Below are positions 28,089 to 37,041 of a stretch of 42,949 nt of DNA, piece by piece (position 1 is the first letter of the stretch; the number at the start of each line of letters is the position of its first letter). The position numbers and the translations under genes were made by a program. A model generated the notes under the pieces. It was not told the DNA's origin, made no database searches, and worked only from the letters and a program-made list of their open reading frames with translations. This DNA comes from an uncultured bacterium (GTDB taxonomy: Bacteria; Bacteroidota; Bacteroidia; NS11-12g; UBA9320): assembly GCA_963933305.1 (NCBI GenBank), contig CAWVTM010000003.1, forward strand, positions 1 through 42,949. Reading direction: 5' to 3'.

Positions 28089-29222
28089 ATGGATACCAAT
28101 ACAATAGACCTTCCTAAGTTATACGACGAAGCTCAAGATTTTATGCCTTTGCTAGGTACCGATTATGTTGAGTTTTATGTAAGTAACAGCAAACAAGCAG
28201 CCCATTTTTATAAGACAGCTTTTGGGTTTCAAGATTTGGCATATGCTGGATTAGAGACCGGTCTTAAAGACCGAGAAAGCTATGTCCTAGTGCAGGATAA
28301 GATTAGACTAGTGCTTACTTCTCCGCTCAAAAGTGGAACAGATATAGGCAAACACATAGAAGCTCACGGGGACGGAGTGAAGGTGGTGGCACTCTGGGTG
28401 CCGGATGCTACGCATGCCTACAACGAAGCGGTGAAACGCGGAGCCAAACATTACATGAGCCCTACTACTGAAGAAGATGCCAGCGGTAAAGTGGTCCGTT
28501 CGGGGATATATACGTATGGTGAGACTGTGCACATATTCGTAGAGAGAAAGGATTACAGCGGTATATTTTTACCGGGTTATAAGGAATGGAAAACTGCTTA
28601 TAATCCCGCACCTGTAGGTCTACAGTATATAGATCACATGGTGGGAAATGTGGAATTAGGCGAAATGATGACGTGGTGTAATTTCTATAAGGATGTTCTG
28701 GGTTTTGCACAGATAGTATCCTTTGACGATAATGATATATCCACGGAGTACACTGCTCTTATGAGTAAGGTGATGAGTAACGGAAATGGTAGAATCAAGT
28801 TTCCTATCAATGAACCAGCGGAGGGGAAGAAAAAATCTCAAATAGAAGAGTATTTAGATTTTTATGATGGCCCTGGCGTACAGCATGTAGCAGTAGCTAC
28901 GAATGACGTGATAGCTACCGTAAGAGAGCTGATAGCAAGAGGAATAGAGTTTCTAAGAGTGCCAGATAATTACTATGATGTTCTGCTAGATAGAGTAGGC
29001 GAGATAGATGAAGATATAGCACCACTTAGAGAGCTAGGTATCCTTGTAGATAGAGATGATGAAGGGTATTTGCTTCAGATATTTACCAAGCCTATTGAGC
29101 CAAGACCTACATTATTCTTTGAGATTATCCAGCGAAAAGGAGCTACTTCTTTCGGTAAAGGAAATTTCCAAGCCTTGTTTGAAGCGATAGAACGTGAGCA
29201 AGAACTAAGAGGCACACTTTAG
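28089..29222 (+). CDS. hppD: 4-hydroxyphenylpyruvate dioxygenase
   Basis: HGDGV, IDHMVGNV, KFPINEPA.GKKKSQIEEYL, GVQH.A, GYLLQIFTKP, FFEIIQR.G..SFG.GNF.ALF. Confidence 0.97.
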   Translation: MDTNTIDLPKLYDEAQDFMPLLGTDYVEFYVSNSKQAAHFYKTAFGFQDLAYAGLETGLKDRESYVLVQDKIRLVLTSPLKSGTDIGKHIEAHGDGVKVVALWVPDATHAYNEAVKRGAKHYMSPTTEEDASGKVVRSGIYTYGETVHIFVERKDYSGIFLPGYKEWKTAYNPAPVGLQYIDHMVGNVELGEMMTWCNFYKDVLGFAQIVSFDDNDISTEYTALMSKVMSNGNGRIKFPINEPAEGKKKSQIEEYLDFYDGPGVQHVAVATNDVIATVRELIARGIEFLRVPDNYYDVLLDRVGEIDEDIAPLRELGILVDRDDEGYLLQIFTKPIEPRPTLFFEIIQRKGATSFGKGNFQALFEAIEREQELRGTL

Positions 29223-29245
29223 AAACTTAGGAAGTTAAAATATAG

Positions 29246-29281
29246 AAGTGGCTTGAGGAGTATTCTTCAAGCCACTTTTTT
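29246..29281 (+). terminator. Intrinsic terminator of hppD
   Basis: AAGTGGCTTGAGGA-GTAT-TCTTCAAGCCACTT followed by a T-run. Confidence 0.85.
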
Positions 29282-29310
29282 GTACTTTGTCTTTTTATAA
29301 ATAGGAGTGT

Positions 29311-30192
29311 CTATACTTCATCTCGTCTGTCCGCACCCCAGAGGAGCTTATTTCGGATGGTTTCCATATAGGTAGTGCCTGAGAGTTGAATCATAGTGAA
29401 GTTAAACTCGGCTTGCTTGAGGCTTAGCTTAGTATTAGCAGGAACTATAAATGAGCGTGAATCCAAAGTAATAAGTATAGTATCCGCTCGTCCGCTTGTT
29501 TCTATTTCCAAGGCAGTATTATCTGGGATTACTATAGGTCTCACAGTCAGATTGTGGGCAGCTATAGGCGTGATTACGAACGATTTACTTCCAGGAAAGA
29601 TAAGTGGTCCACCACAGCTAAGTGAATATCCTGAAGATCCGGTAGGTGTAGCTACGATCAGCCCGTCTGACCAGTAATTATTTAAGAAATGTCCGTTTAA
29701 GCTGGCCTTCACGGTAATCATAGCTGAGGTGTCACGTTTCTGAACTACAAAGTCATTCAGAGCATATGGAAACTCATTTATTTCAGCTATATCGGATTCA
29801 ATTTTTAGTATGACACGTTTTTCTATAGTGGTGTTTCCTTGCTTCAGAGCGATGAGAGCTTCCTCTACTTCGTCCATTTTAATATTAGCTAAAAAGCCAA
29901 GTCTACCAAGATTTACACCCATCACTGGTAGTCCGCTATCTTTTACTAGCAGTAGTGTATCTAGCGCTGTTCCGTCACCACCTAGGCTTATTAGACAAGT
30001 GAAATTTTCCGGTGTTAGGCTAGAGTCTGTGCATGAGTCACACGTTATTCCATAGCTATCTTTTAAGAATGCTCCATAGCTTGTACTTACCTCGTAGTCA
30101 ATATTTTGCCTGGCGAGTATAGACGTAAAATTTTGGTAAAAAGCTTTGAAATTTTTAGTTTTTATGTGTCTACCGTACAGTGCTACTTTCAT
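29311..30192 (-). CDS. nadK: NAD kinase
   Basis: SLGGDGT, GVNLGRLGFL, ALND and DGLIVATPTGSSGYSLSCGGP motifs; probable start ATG 30192. Confidence 0.95.
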   Translation of the reverse strand: MKVALYGRHIKTKNFKAFYQNFTSILARQNIDYEVSTSYGAFLKDSYGITCDSCTDSSLTPENFTCLISLGGDGTALDTLLLVKDSGLPVMGVNLGRLGFLANIKMDEVEEALIALKQGNTTIEKRVILKIESDIAEINEFPYALNDFVVQKRDTSAMITVKASLNGHFLNNYWSDGLIVATPTGSSGYSLSCGGPLIFPGSKSFVITPIAAHNLTVRPIVIPDNTALEIETSGRADTILITLDSRSFIVPANTKLSLKQAEFNFTMIQLSGTTYMETIRNKLLWGADRRDEV

Positions 30193-30193
30193 A

Positions 30194-31579
30194 TTAAATC
30201 GCTTTTTTAAAGTGTACAAAGAAACCACCTTCTTGTAAACTGTTCAAACTATATTCTAATCTGAGTAGTCTATCATTATATATCAGTGCGTTTATACCTA
30301 GCCCAGCGGAGTACAGTACTTCATTAGGGAGTACGTTACTAGCATGGACATCATTGAGGTGAGCATACCCACCGTCAGAATAGGCTTCTAAGTATATTTT
30401 GAGGGGTAGTTTTTTGTAGTTATTTGAAGGAATGAAAGGGAGTGCGACTACACGTTCTAGAGCAAGATAGCGTATCGCAGCATTGATCTTTAGGCCTAGA
30501 GTGCCATCTACCACATAATACTCGTATCCTCTTATGGTGGAGTTGTACCCTAGCATTTTACGATCAGAGTAGGGTGCATCAGGATTACTGTTTAGCTCAG
30601 TTTGGAGTGCTATTGCAGTACTTATTCTTGTTGAAGACTGATTAAAAAGCTGTGCATTGGCAGCTAAGAAAATATTGGATTCAGTAGTGCTATTTTGCCA
30701 TGTATTAGCCCCACCTTGTATAGAAATATACCTGCCATTTGTAGGGTAAAAAATATTATCGCGGTTATCGTTTTCTATCTTGAGATAAGCGGTGTAAGTA
30801 CGCTGATAGCGTAGGTTATTGATAAAGTAATCGTTGGTAAATACACTTGTATCTAGCTGTCCGTAGTCATACGCTATTCCATAAGATGTACGGGTAAATG
30901 GCGTTAATCTTTTAGTTAACTCTAGGTATGCCTTGGTGTTGGATATCAGATTAGTGCGGCCATTTTGAATAAACTGAAGTCTGTCATTTATAGTCTCATA
31001 CCATACTTCATTTTGTGCAGAATACTCTATAGCGGTATTGATTCCCCATTGCGTGTTTTTGCTTAGAAATGGAATCCTATATTCTAGGGCTATTTTAGTG
31101 TTGTATCCAGTCTTTAGCTTTGTTTTGAGCGTATGATTTCTGCCAAATAGATTATAATTAAACATATAGAGACCATAGTTTGTCCTACCTGGGTCAAAGG
31201 CTAAGTTTTTCCACACATTAAAATTTCTATCACTAAATTCTACGAACGGGATTGGCCAGACATACCATTTTTCCACTACTTCCACAAGTACGTGGCAATT
31301 TGTGCTAGGGCTTTCGTTTGTATTTATTGTTATGTTGACTTCGTTAAAGAGGTTCAGATTTAGAATGCGTTCTTCAGATTTACGTACTAATTCAAGAAAG
31401 TTGTCTGAGCCGTCGTCTGGATATTCTTTTCCTGTCTGAACCAGCATTTCACGGAGTATTACAAAGTCCTTGGTCTGCTTATTACCGGTGAGACGTATTT
31501 CAGCTACGAAATAAGATGCAGAAAAACCCTGTAAACCAAGAAGGAGAAGGACACTTAATATGAAAAGTTTATTGGTCAA
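30194..31579 (-). CDS. Omp85 (BamA/TamA-like) outer-membrane protein with a single POTRA domain
   Basis: I.LTGN.QTK..VI.RE POTRA, V.V.EKWY.WP.P, RDN..YPT.G, IRGYE.Y.VDG and a C-terminal barrel signal. Confidence 0.85.
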   Translation of the reverse strand: MTNKLFILSVLLLLGLQGFSASYFVAEIRLTGNKQTKDFVILREMLVQTGKEYPDDGSDNFLELVRKSEERILNLNLFNEVNITINTNESPSTNCHVLVEVVEKWYVWPIPFVEFSDRNFNVWKNLAFDPGRTNYGLYMFNYNLFGRNHTLKTKLKTGYNTKIALEYRIPFLSKNTQWGINTAIEYSAQNEVWYETINDRLQFIQNGRTNLISNTKAYLELTKRLTPFTRTSYGIAYDYGQLDTSVFTNDYFINNLRYQRTYTAYLKIENDNRDNIFYPTNGRYISIQGGANTWQNSTTESNIFLAANAQLFNQSSTRISTAIALQTELNSNPDAPYSDRKMLGYNSTIRGYEYYVVDGTLGLKINAAIRYLALERVVALPFIPSNNYKKLPLKIYLEAYSDGGYAHLNDVHASNVLPNEVLYSAGLGINALIYNDRLLRLEYSLNSLQEGGFFVHFKKAI

Positions 31580-32219
31580 TATAGTTCATTAATGACTGAA
31601 AGCGTCGCTCTACATTTTCTGTATAATCGTCATCTCCAAATGCTGCAACAGTTTCGTAGCCATAGCGTTGAAGTCCATTTATGATTCTTTCTGCATTTTG
31701 AGTATTGAGCTTAAGGCTGGCTCTTATTCTTCCACTTTCTGCTAGATTGGTAAGCCAAAGTCCGAGCAGTTGAGAGCCTTCACCCTCTATGATGCGTGCT
31801 ATTTCGCTGCTGGAGTATTGATGTGAAGCCATTTCTACTATGATTACAGCACCAGATTGCTCTACAGTGAGTGATTTGGCTAGAGTTTCGAGTACGATTG
31901 TTTTTGTAATTATACCTACCCATTCTAAGTTCTCACCCAACACGCAGCATACATTAGCTTTAGATTCATTAAAGATGCGAAGGACATCCAGTAGGTGTGA
32001 ATTGTGGTAAACGCTGGTGAAACCGGGTTCTACGAGAGTAATGATGGTATCTTCTTGGCTATGTATACACTCGTCTAGTTGCACAGTACCATAGAGTTTA
32101 CCTGCACGCATTACGGGCAGTTCATAGCACAGATTATCAAACATAGCTTCTATGCATTTCGTTCTGCTCGATGTTTCCTCAATGGTTAGGGTCGGTGATA
32201 TGTGGTCTGCTACTATCAT
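31569..32219 (-). CDS. CBS-domain-containing protein
   Basis: CBS pair (LPV...L.G; G.IT) and C-terminal YS.SEIARIIE ... L.RYGY ... RF.SLMNY. Confidence 0.78.
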   Translation of the reverse strand: MIVADHISPTLTIEETSSRTKCIEAMFDNLCYELPVMRAGKLYGTVQLDECIHSQEDTIITLVEPGFTSVYHNSHLLDVLRIFNESKANVCCVLGENLEWVGIITKTIVLETLAKSLTVEQSGAVIIVEMASHQYSSSEIARIIEGEGSQLLGLWLTNLAESGRIRASLKLNTQNAERIINGLQRYGYETVAAFGDDDYTENVERRFQSLMNYIDQ

Positions 32220-32236
32220 TTAGTTGGTATAACAAC

Positions 32237-32830
32237 TTACATTCTGGCAAGTTTAGTACTGTGCAAAGTAAAGGAAGATAGCCAATTATCTATAATAGTA
32301 AGTCCATGCGATGTCAAAATAGCTTCAGGATGAAACTGCACTGCCCAAATAGGAAGGCTCGCATGTGCAAGGGCCATCAATTCGTTCTTCTGCGTATAAG
32401 CTAAGTCTACTAGGTTTTTGCCCTCTATTTCGGTAAGTATTAGAGAATGATATCTGCATACGTGAAGAGGTCCCGTGATCTGGTTAAACATGGGATGTGT
32501 TTCGGTGTATGATATTTTATCTTGTTTACCGTGCATAGGAAAAGACGCGCGCACGAGTTTTGCTCCAAAATAGGTGCCGATGGCTTGCATGCCTAGGCAT
32601 ACACCAAAAATGGGTAATTTGTTATGGTACAGGTGTATCACATCCATTAAACTACCAGATTCTTGAGGTGTTCCAGGTCCTGGTGATAATATTATTCCAG
32701 TGTATTTATCTCCGATGGTGTTTACCTCTATCTCGTCATTTCGGATGACCTCTACTTCAGCACCACACCGTACGAAATAGTCGTAAAGATTATAGGTAAA
32801 TGAATCATAATTATCGAGCAAAAGAAGCAT
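32237..32830 (-). CDS. Anthranilate / aminodeoxychorismate synthase component II (class I glutamine amidotransferase, TrpG/PabA)
   Basis: LDNYDSFTYNL, LSPGPG.P, GVCLG.Q, RYHSL, VQFHPE. A TATTTTTG -7 element lies at 32835-32842. Confidence 0.93.
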   Translation of the reverse strand: MLLLLDNYDSFTYNLYDYFVRCGAEVEVIRNDEIEVNTIGDKYTGIILSPGPGTPQESGSLMDVIHLYHNKLPIFGVCLGMQAIGTYFGAKLVRASFPMHGKQDKISYTETHPMFNQITGPLHVCRYHSLILTEIEGKNLVDLAYTQKNELMALAHASLPIWAVQFHPEAILTSHGLTIIDNWLSSFTLHSTKLARM

Positions 32831-32896
32831 AGTGCAAAAATAGCCTGACTAATTATGTTCAGCTACCAATATTTCCGTTTATTTCGTGAACTTAAT

Positions 32897-34873
32897 ATGA
32901 ATTTTGAAAAGTATAACCAGTATGATGCTGGGGAGCTAGCAAGAATATATGCGGCATTAGTAAAGCCTCGTATGATCGAGGAAAAGATGCTGAAACTTCT
33001 TAGACAGGGTCAGGTGAGTAAGTGGTTTAGCGGCATAGGTCAAGAAGCTATCGCTGTGGGTGCTACTTTAGCATTGGAAGCAGATGAGTATATTCTGCCG
33101 CTGCATCGTAATTTAGGTGTATTTACTGCTCGCGGGATACCGTTTGAGAAATTGCTTCATCAGTGGCAGGGAAATATTGGTGGCTTTACCACGGGTAGAG
33201 ATCGGTCTTTTCATTTTGGCACGAGTGAGTATCATATAGCAGGCATGATATCTCATCTAGGGGCTATGCTCAGCGTAGCAGATGGTGTGGCACTTGCAAA
33301 TAAATTAGATAATAAAGGGAAAGTAACCCTAGCTTTTAGTGGAGATGGCGGCACGAGTGAAGGGGAGTTTCATGAGGCAGTGAACCTTGCTGCTGTATGG
33401 GATTTGCCTGTTATCTTCTTGGTAGAAAACAATGGATATGGTCTGAGTACGCCCAGTAGAGATCAGTTTAGGTGCGAAAACATAGCAGATAAAGGCATAG
33501 GGTATGGAATAGACAGTAAGACTATAGATGGTAATAACATACTTGAGGTATGTACAGAAATTAGTGAGATAGCTAGCGACTTACGTAAAAACCCAAGACC
33601 GTTTTTGCTAGAATGTAAGACTTTCAGAATGAGAGGTCATGAAGAAGCCAGTGGTACTAAGTACGTGCCAAAGGATCTAATGGATGAATGGACAAAAAAG
33701 GATCCGATTACAAATTTCGAAAACTACCTTTTAGTTCATAAACTAGTATCTGCGGCTGAGATAGTGAAGATTAAAGAACGTATCACAGACGAGATAAATG
33801 AGGGAGTAAAAATACTCAGCCTTCCAGAGAAAATAGAAGTAAATACAGCGAAGGAGATAGCAGAGGTATTTCAGGCGTATATACCTGAGGTGGCTCCTCC
33901 TGCAGGACCTAAGAAGGAGATGCGGTTTATAGATGCTATACAAGATGGAATGCGATTAGCCATGCGTAAGTATGATAATCTAGTACTTATGGGTCAGGAC
34001 ATAGCAGAATATGGAGGAGTATTTAAGATTACGGACGGTTTTGTGGCTGAGTTCGGGCTAGGAAGAGTCAGAAATACACCTATTTGTGAAGCAGCTCCAC
34101 TAGGAGCAGCTTTGGGACTATCTATGGGTGGAAAGAAAGCTATGGTAGAAATGCAGTTTGCAGATTTTGTGAGTTGTGGATTTAATCAAATAGTGAATAA
34201 TTTAGCAAAGACCTATTACCGGTGGGGGCAAAATAGTGATGTGGTGATACGTATGCCTACCGGTGGTGGATCAGCTGCAGGACCGTTTCACAGTCAGAGT
34301 AATGAGGCTTGGTTTTTTCACGTAGCGGGACTGCGAATAGTCTATCCGAGTACTCCGTCAGATGCTAAAGGTCTTCTTTTAGCAGCCTTTGAAGATCCGA
34401 ATCCAGTGTTGTTTTTCGAACATAAAGGGCTGTACAGAAGTATAAAAGAAGAAGTACATACTGCAGAATATACGATAGAAATAGGCAAAGCAAATGTGTT
34501 GATGCAAGGAGACGATATTACCTTCATTACCTACGGTCTAGGGGTGCAGTGGTGCACAGAAGTCATAGAGGATCAGAGAATTAGTGCTACTCTAGTGGAT
34601 TTGCGGACGCTATTGCCTTGGGATAAAGAGACCGTGAGAGAAGCAGTAAAAAGTACTGGGAAAGTAATAGTAGTGCATGAAGATACCCAAGAAGGGGGTA
34701 TAGGTGGAGAGGTAGCTGCTTGGATAGGCGAGCATTGTTTTACTAGTCTAGATGCACCTGTGATGCGAGTAGGCAGTCTCGATACGCCGATTCCTTTTAA
34801 TGCAGATTTGGAAATTAACTTTATGGGTAAGAGTAGATTAGAGGACAAGGTGAATGAGTTGTTGGAGTGGTAG
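32897..34873 (+). CDS. Fused alpha/beta E1 component of a (branched-chain) 2-oxoacid dehydrogenase
   Basis: TPP motif GDGGTSEG.FHE..N.A...ENNGY; RMRGHEE; beta part GQDIA.YGGVF, RNTPI.E, EMQFADF, GPFHSQS. Confidence 0.92.
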   Translation: MNFEKYNQYDAGELARIYAALVKPRMIEEKMLKLLRQGQVSKWFSGIGQEAIAVGATLALEADEYILPLHRNLGVFTARGIPFEKLLHQWQGNIGGFTTGRDRSFHFGTSEYHIAGMISHLGAMLSVADGVALANKLDNKGKVTLAFSGDGGTSEGEFHEAVNLAAVWDLPVIFLVENNGYGLSTPSRDQFRCENIADKGIGYGIDSKTIDGNNILEVCTEISEIASDLRKNPRPFLLECKTFRMRGHEEASGTKYVPKDLMDEWTKKDPITNFENYLLVHKLVSAAEIVKIKERITDEINEGVKILSLPEKIEVNTAKEIAEVFQAYIPEVAPPAGPKKEMRFIDAIQDGMRLAMRKYDNLVLMGQDIAEYGGVFKITDGFVAEFGLGRVRNTPICEAAPLGAALGLSMGGKKAMVEMQFADFVSCGFNQIVNNLAKTYYRWGQNSDVVIRMPTGGGSAAGPFHSQSNEAWFFHVAGLRIVYPSTPSDAKGLLLAAFEDPNPVLFFEHKGLYRSIKEEVHTAEYTIEIGKANVLMQGDDITFITYGLGVQWCTEVIEDQRISATLVDLRTLLPWDKETVREAVKSTGKVIVVHEDTQEGGIGGEVAAWIGEHCFTSLDAPVMRVGSLDTPIPFNADLEINFMGKSRLEDKVNELLEW

Positions 34874-34888
34874 AACATTGTCACTATC

Positions 34889-34907
34889 TTTATTTAATCC
34901 AAATAAA
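34889..34907. promoter_or_regulatory. AT-rich palindrome upstream of feoA, putative iron-regulator operator
   Basis: TTTATTT-AATCC-AAATAAA (7-5-7) next to a CATCTTTG -7-like element at 34912-34919. Confidence 0.45.
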
Positions 34908-34929
34908 AATACATCTTTGCGGTAAGCAA

Positions 34930-35169
34930 GTGAAACTTTCCGAATTACACATAGGGCAAATCGCCAGAATACGATCTGTAGCTGAATCTCCTTTCAAGGA
35001 GAAGCTGCAAGAAATGGGTTGTATCCCAGGTTCACTTATCAAGCCCATACGGAAAGCTCCATTTGGAGATCCGATAGCCTATGAGTTGGAAGAATATACG
35101 CTCAGTATGCGTAAAAATGAGGCTGAAACCATCGAAATTCGACCTCTTGACCCACTTTTTTCTAGTTGA
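34930..35169 (+). CDS. feoA: Ferrous iron transport protein A
   Basis: KLSEL..G..A.I, L.EMG..PG, APFGDPI, LSMR..EA; probable GTG start 34930. Confidence 0.93.
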   Translation: MKLSELHIGQIARIRSVAESPFKEKLQEMGCIPGSLIKPIRKAPFGDPIAYELEEYTLSMRKNEAETIEIRPLDPLFSS

Positions 35170-35181
35170 CCTATACACACT

Positions 35182-37041
35182 ATGTCAGATAATAAAGAGT
35201 TAAAGATAGTATTGGCTGGCAACCCTAATTGTGGTAAGTCATCGCTATTTAATAGTCTCACAGGTCTGAAACAGAAGATCACCAATGTGCCAGGGACTAC
35301 TATAGAAAATAAGGTAGGAAGTTTCTCAGTGGAGGGACGTAAAATACAGCTCATAGATACTCCTGGTACGTATTCCTTTAATCCAAAGAGTCTCGATGAG
35401 AAAGAAGCTGTAAAAGTATTCTTTGATAATCCGTTACCAGATGCCATTCTGTATGTAGCAGATGCAGCTAATCTAAAGAGGAATCTGTTTTATTTCAGTC
35501 AATTAGCACAGCATAATATCCCCATGGTGCTAGTTCTCACTATGCTGGATATTGCAGATTTCAAAGGTTTTGAGATAAATGTTGATAGATTAGAAAAAGA
35601 GCTTGGTATCCGCGTTTTTAAGGTAAATGCACGGGAAGACGAAGGAATAGCAGAGGTGAAAAAAGCATTGGCACAAAGTCAGTTTGTGCCGCATTATGCG
35701 TTTGGTAGTAAAGAAGATCATACACACGAGAGCCACTTTGTCTCTATTAATAAGTTGCTGAATAAGACGACGACTCTAAAGTCCAAAAGGGAATTAGTTT
35801 CTAATAAAATAGACGTTTGGGCAACTCACCCTATTTTGGGTTACCTGATGTTTTTGGTGGTGCTGTTGATTATTTTCCAAAGTGTATTTAGTTTGGCTTC
35901 TTACCCCATGGACTGGATAGAGAATGGTTTTAGTCTACTCAGTGAATGGCTTACAGCGATACTTCCGGATGGGTGGCTTAAGAAGTTGATAATAAATGGA
36001 TTAGTTGCTGGTATAGCAGGAGTGGTGGTGTTCGTACCTCAGATAGCTATTTTATTTTTCTTTATGGGACTCTTGGAGGATACAGGATATATGGCACGTG
36101 TTAGCTTTATCATGGATAAAATGCTACGGGGCTTGGGACTTAGTGGGAAGTCTGTGGTGCCACTATTGAGTGGAGCTGCTTGTGCTATCCCGGCTATCAT
36201 GAGTACCAGAAATATAGAAAATTGGAAAGATAGACTGATTACTATAATGGTGACTCCTTTGATGAGTTGCTCTGCGAGATTGCCAGTATATACGCTACTT
36301 ATTAGCATGGCAATACCGAGTGACAGGTTCATAGGTATAGTAAGTGTACAGGCGTTACTAATGTTGGGAATGTATGTACTGGGTACCGCAGCAGCTCTAG
36401 TAGCAGCGGTAGTATTTAAATGGATAATAAGACAGAGTGTTCCGTCCTACTTTATAATGGAATTGCCGGTGTATCGCGCTCCTAGATGGAGTAATATTTG
36501 GATAAATATGTGGCAAAAATCACGCAGTTTCGTGGCAGAAGCGGGTAAGGTGATATTAATAGTATCAGTAGTGCTTTGGTTTTTAGCCAGCTACGGGCCT
36601 ACAGCAAATCAATCGTTTAGTATACAAGAGGCTCCGAAGTTAGATGAAAGCTATGCAGGACACTTTGGAAAGGCCATAGAGCCTGCGATTAAACCAATAG
36701 GCTTTAATTGGAAAATTGGTATCGCATTGATTACGTCCTTTGCTGCAAGAGAGGTTTTTGTGGGCACCATGAGTACGATCTATAGTGTGGGTGACGAAGA
36801 AAACTTTGATCAGATACGTGACAAAATGAGAAAAGACACCTTGGCCAATGGTAAACCGGTGTATTCTATAGGAGTCGTGCTCTCTCTTATGGTATTTTAC
36901 GCATTTGCGATGCAGTGTATGGGCACGTTAGCAGTGGTATATAAAGAGACTAAGTCCTGGAAGTGGCCGGCCATACAGTTCGTGTATATGACAGTATTAG
37001 CGTACATAGGAAGCTGGGTTACCTTTAATCTGTTTGGGTAA
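35182..37041 (+). CDS. feoB: Ferrous iron transport protein B
   Basis: G1 GNPNCGKS, G2 N.PG.T, G3 DTPGTYS; membrane motifs LEDTGYMAR, ACAIPAIM, MSCSARLPVY, FIMELP.Y, AARE. Confidence 0.95.
   Translation: MSDNKELKIVLAGNPNCGKSSLFNSLTGLKQKITNVPGTTIENKVGSFSVEGRKIQLIDTPGTYSFNPKSLDEKEAVKVFFDNPLPDAILYVADAANLKRNLFYFSQLAQHNIPMVLVLTMLDIADFKGFEINVDRLEKELGIRVFKVNAREDEGIAEVKKALAQSQFVPHYAFGSKEDHTHESHFVSINKLLNKTTTLKSKRELVSNKIDVWATHPILGYLMFLVVLLIIFQSVFSLASYPMDWIENGFSLLSEWLTAILPDGWLKKLIINGLVAGIAGVVVFVPQIAILFFFMGLLEDTGYMARVSFIMDKMLRGLGLSGKSVVPLLSGAACAIPAIMSTRNIENWKDRLITIMVTPLMSCSARLPVYTLLISMAIPSDRFIGIVSVQALLMLGMYVLGTAAALVAAVVFKWIIRQSVPSYFIMELPVYRAPRWSNIWINMWQKSRSFVAEAGKVILIVSVVLWFLASYGPTANQSFSIQEAPKLDESYAGHFGKAIEPAIKPIGFNWKIGIALITSFAAREVFVGTMSTIYSVGDEENFDQIRDKMRKDTLANGKPVYSIGVVLSLMVFYAFAMQCMGTLAVVYKETKSWKWPAIQFVYMTVLAYIGSWVTFNLFG

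Noticed and set aside
18914-37041. Convergent 3' overlaps (18914-18924, 23298-23322, 37025-37041)
   Set aside because: Short tail-to-tail overlaps are common in compact genomes, and nothing here indicates function.
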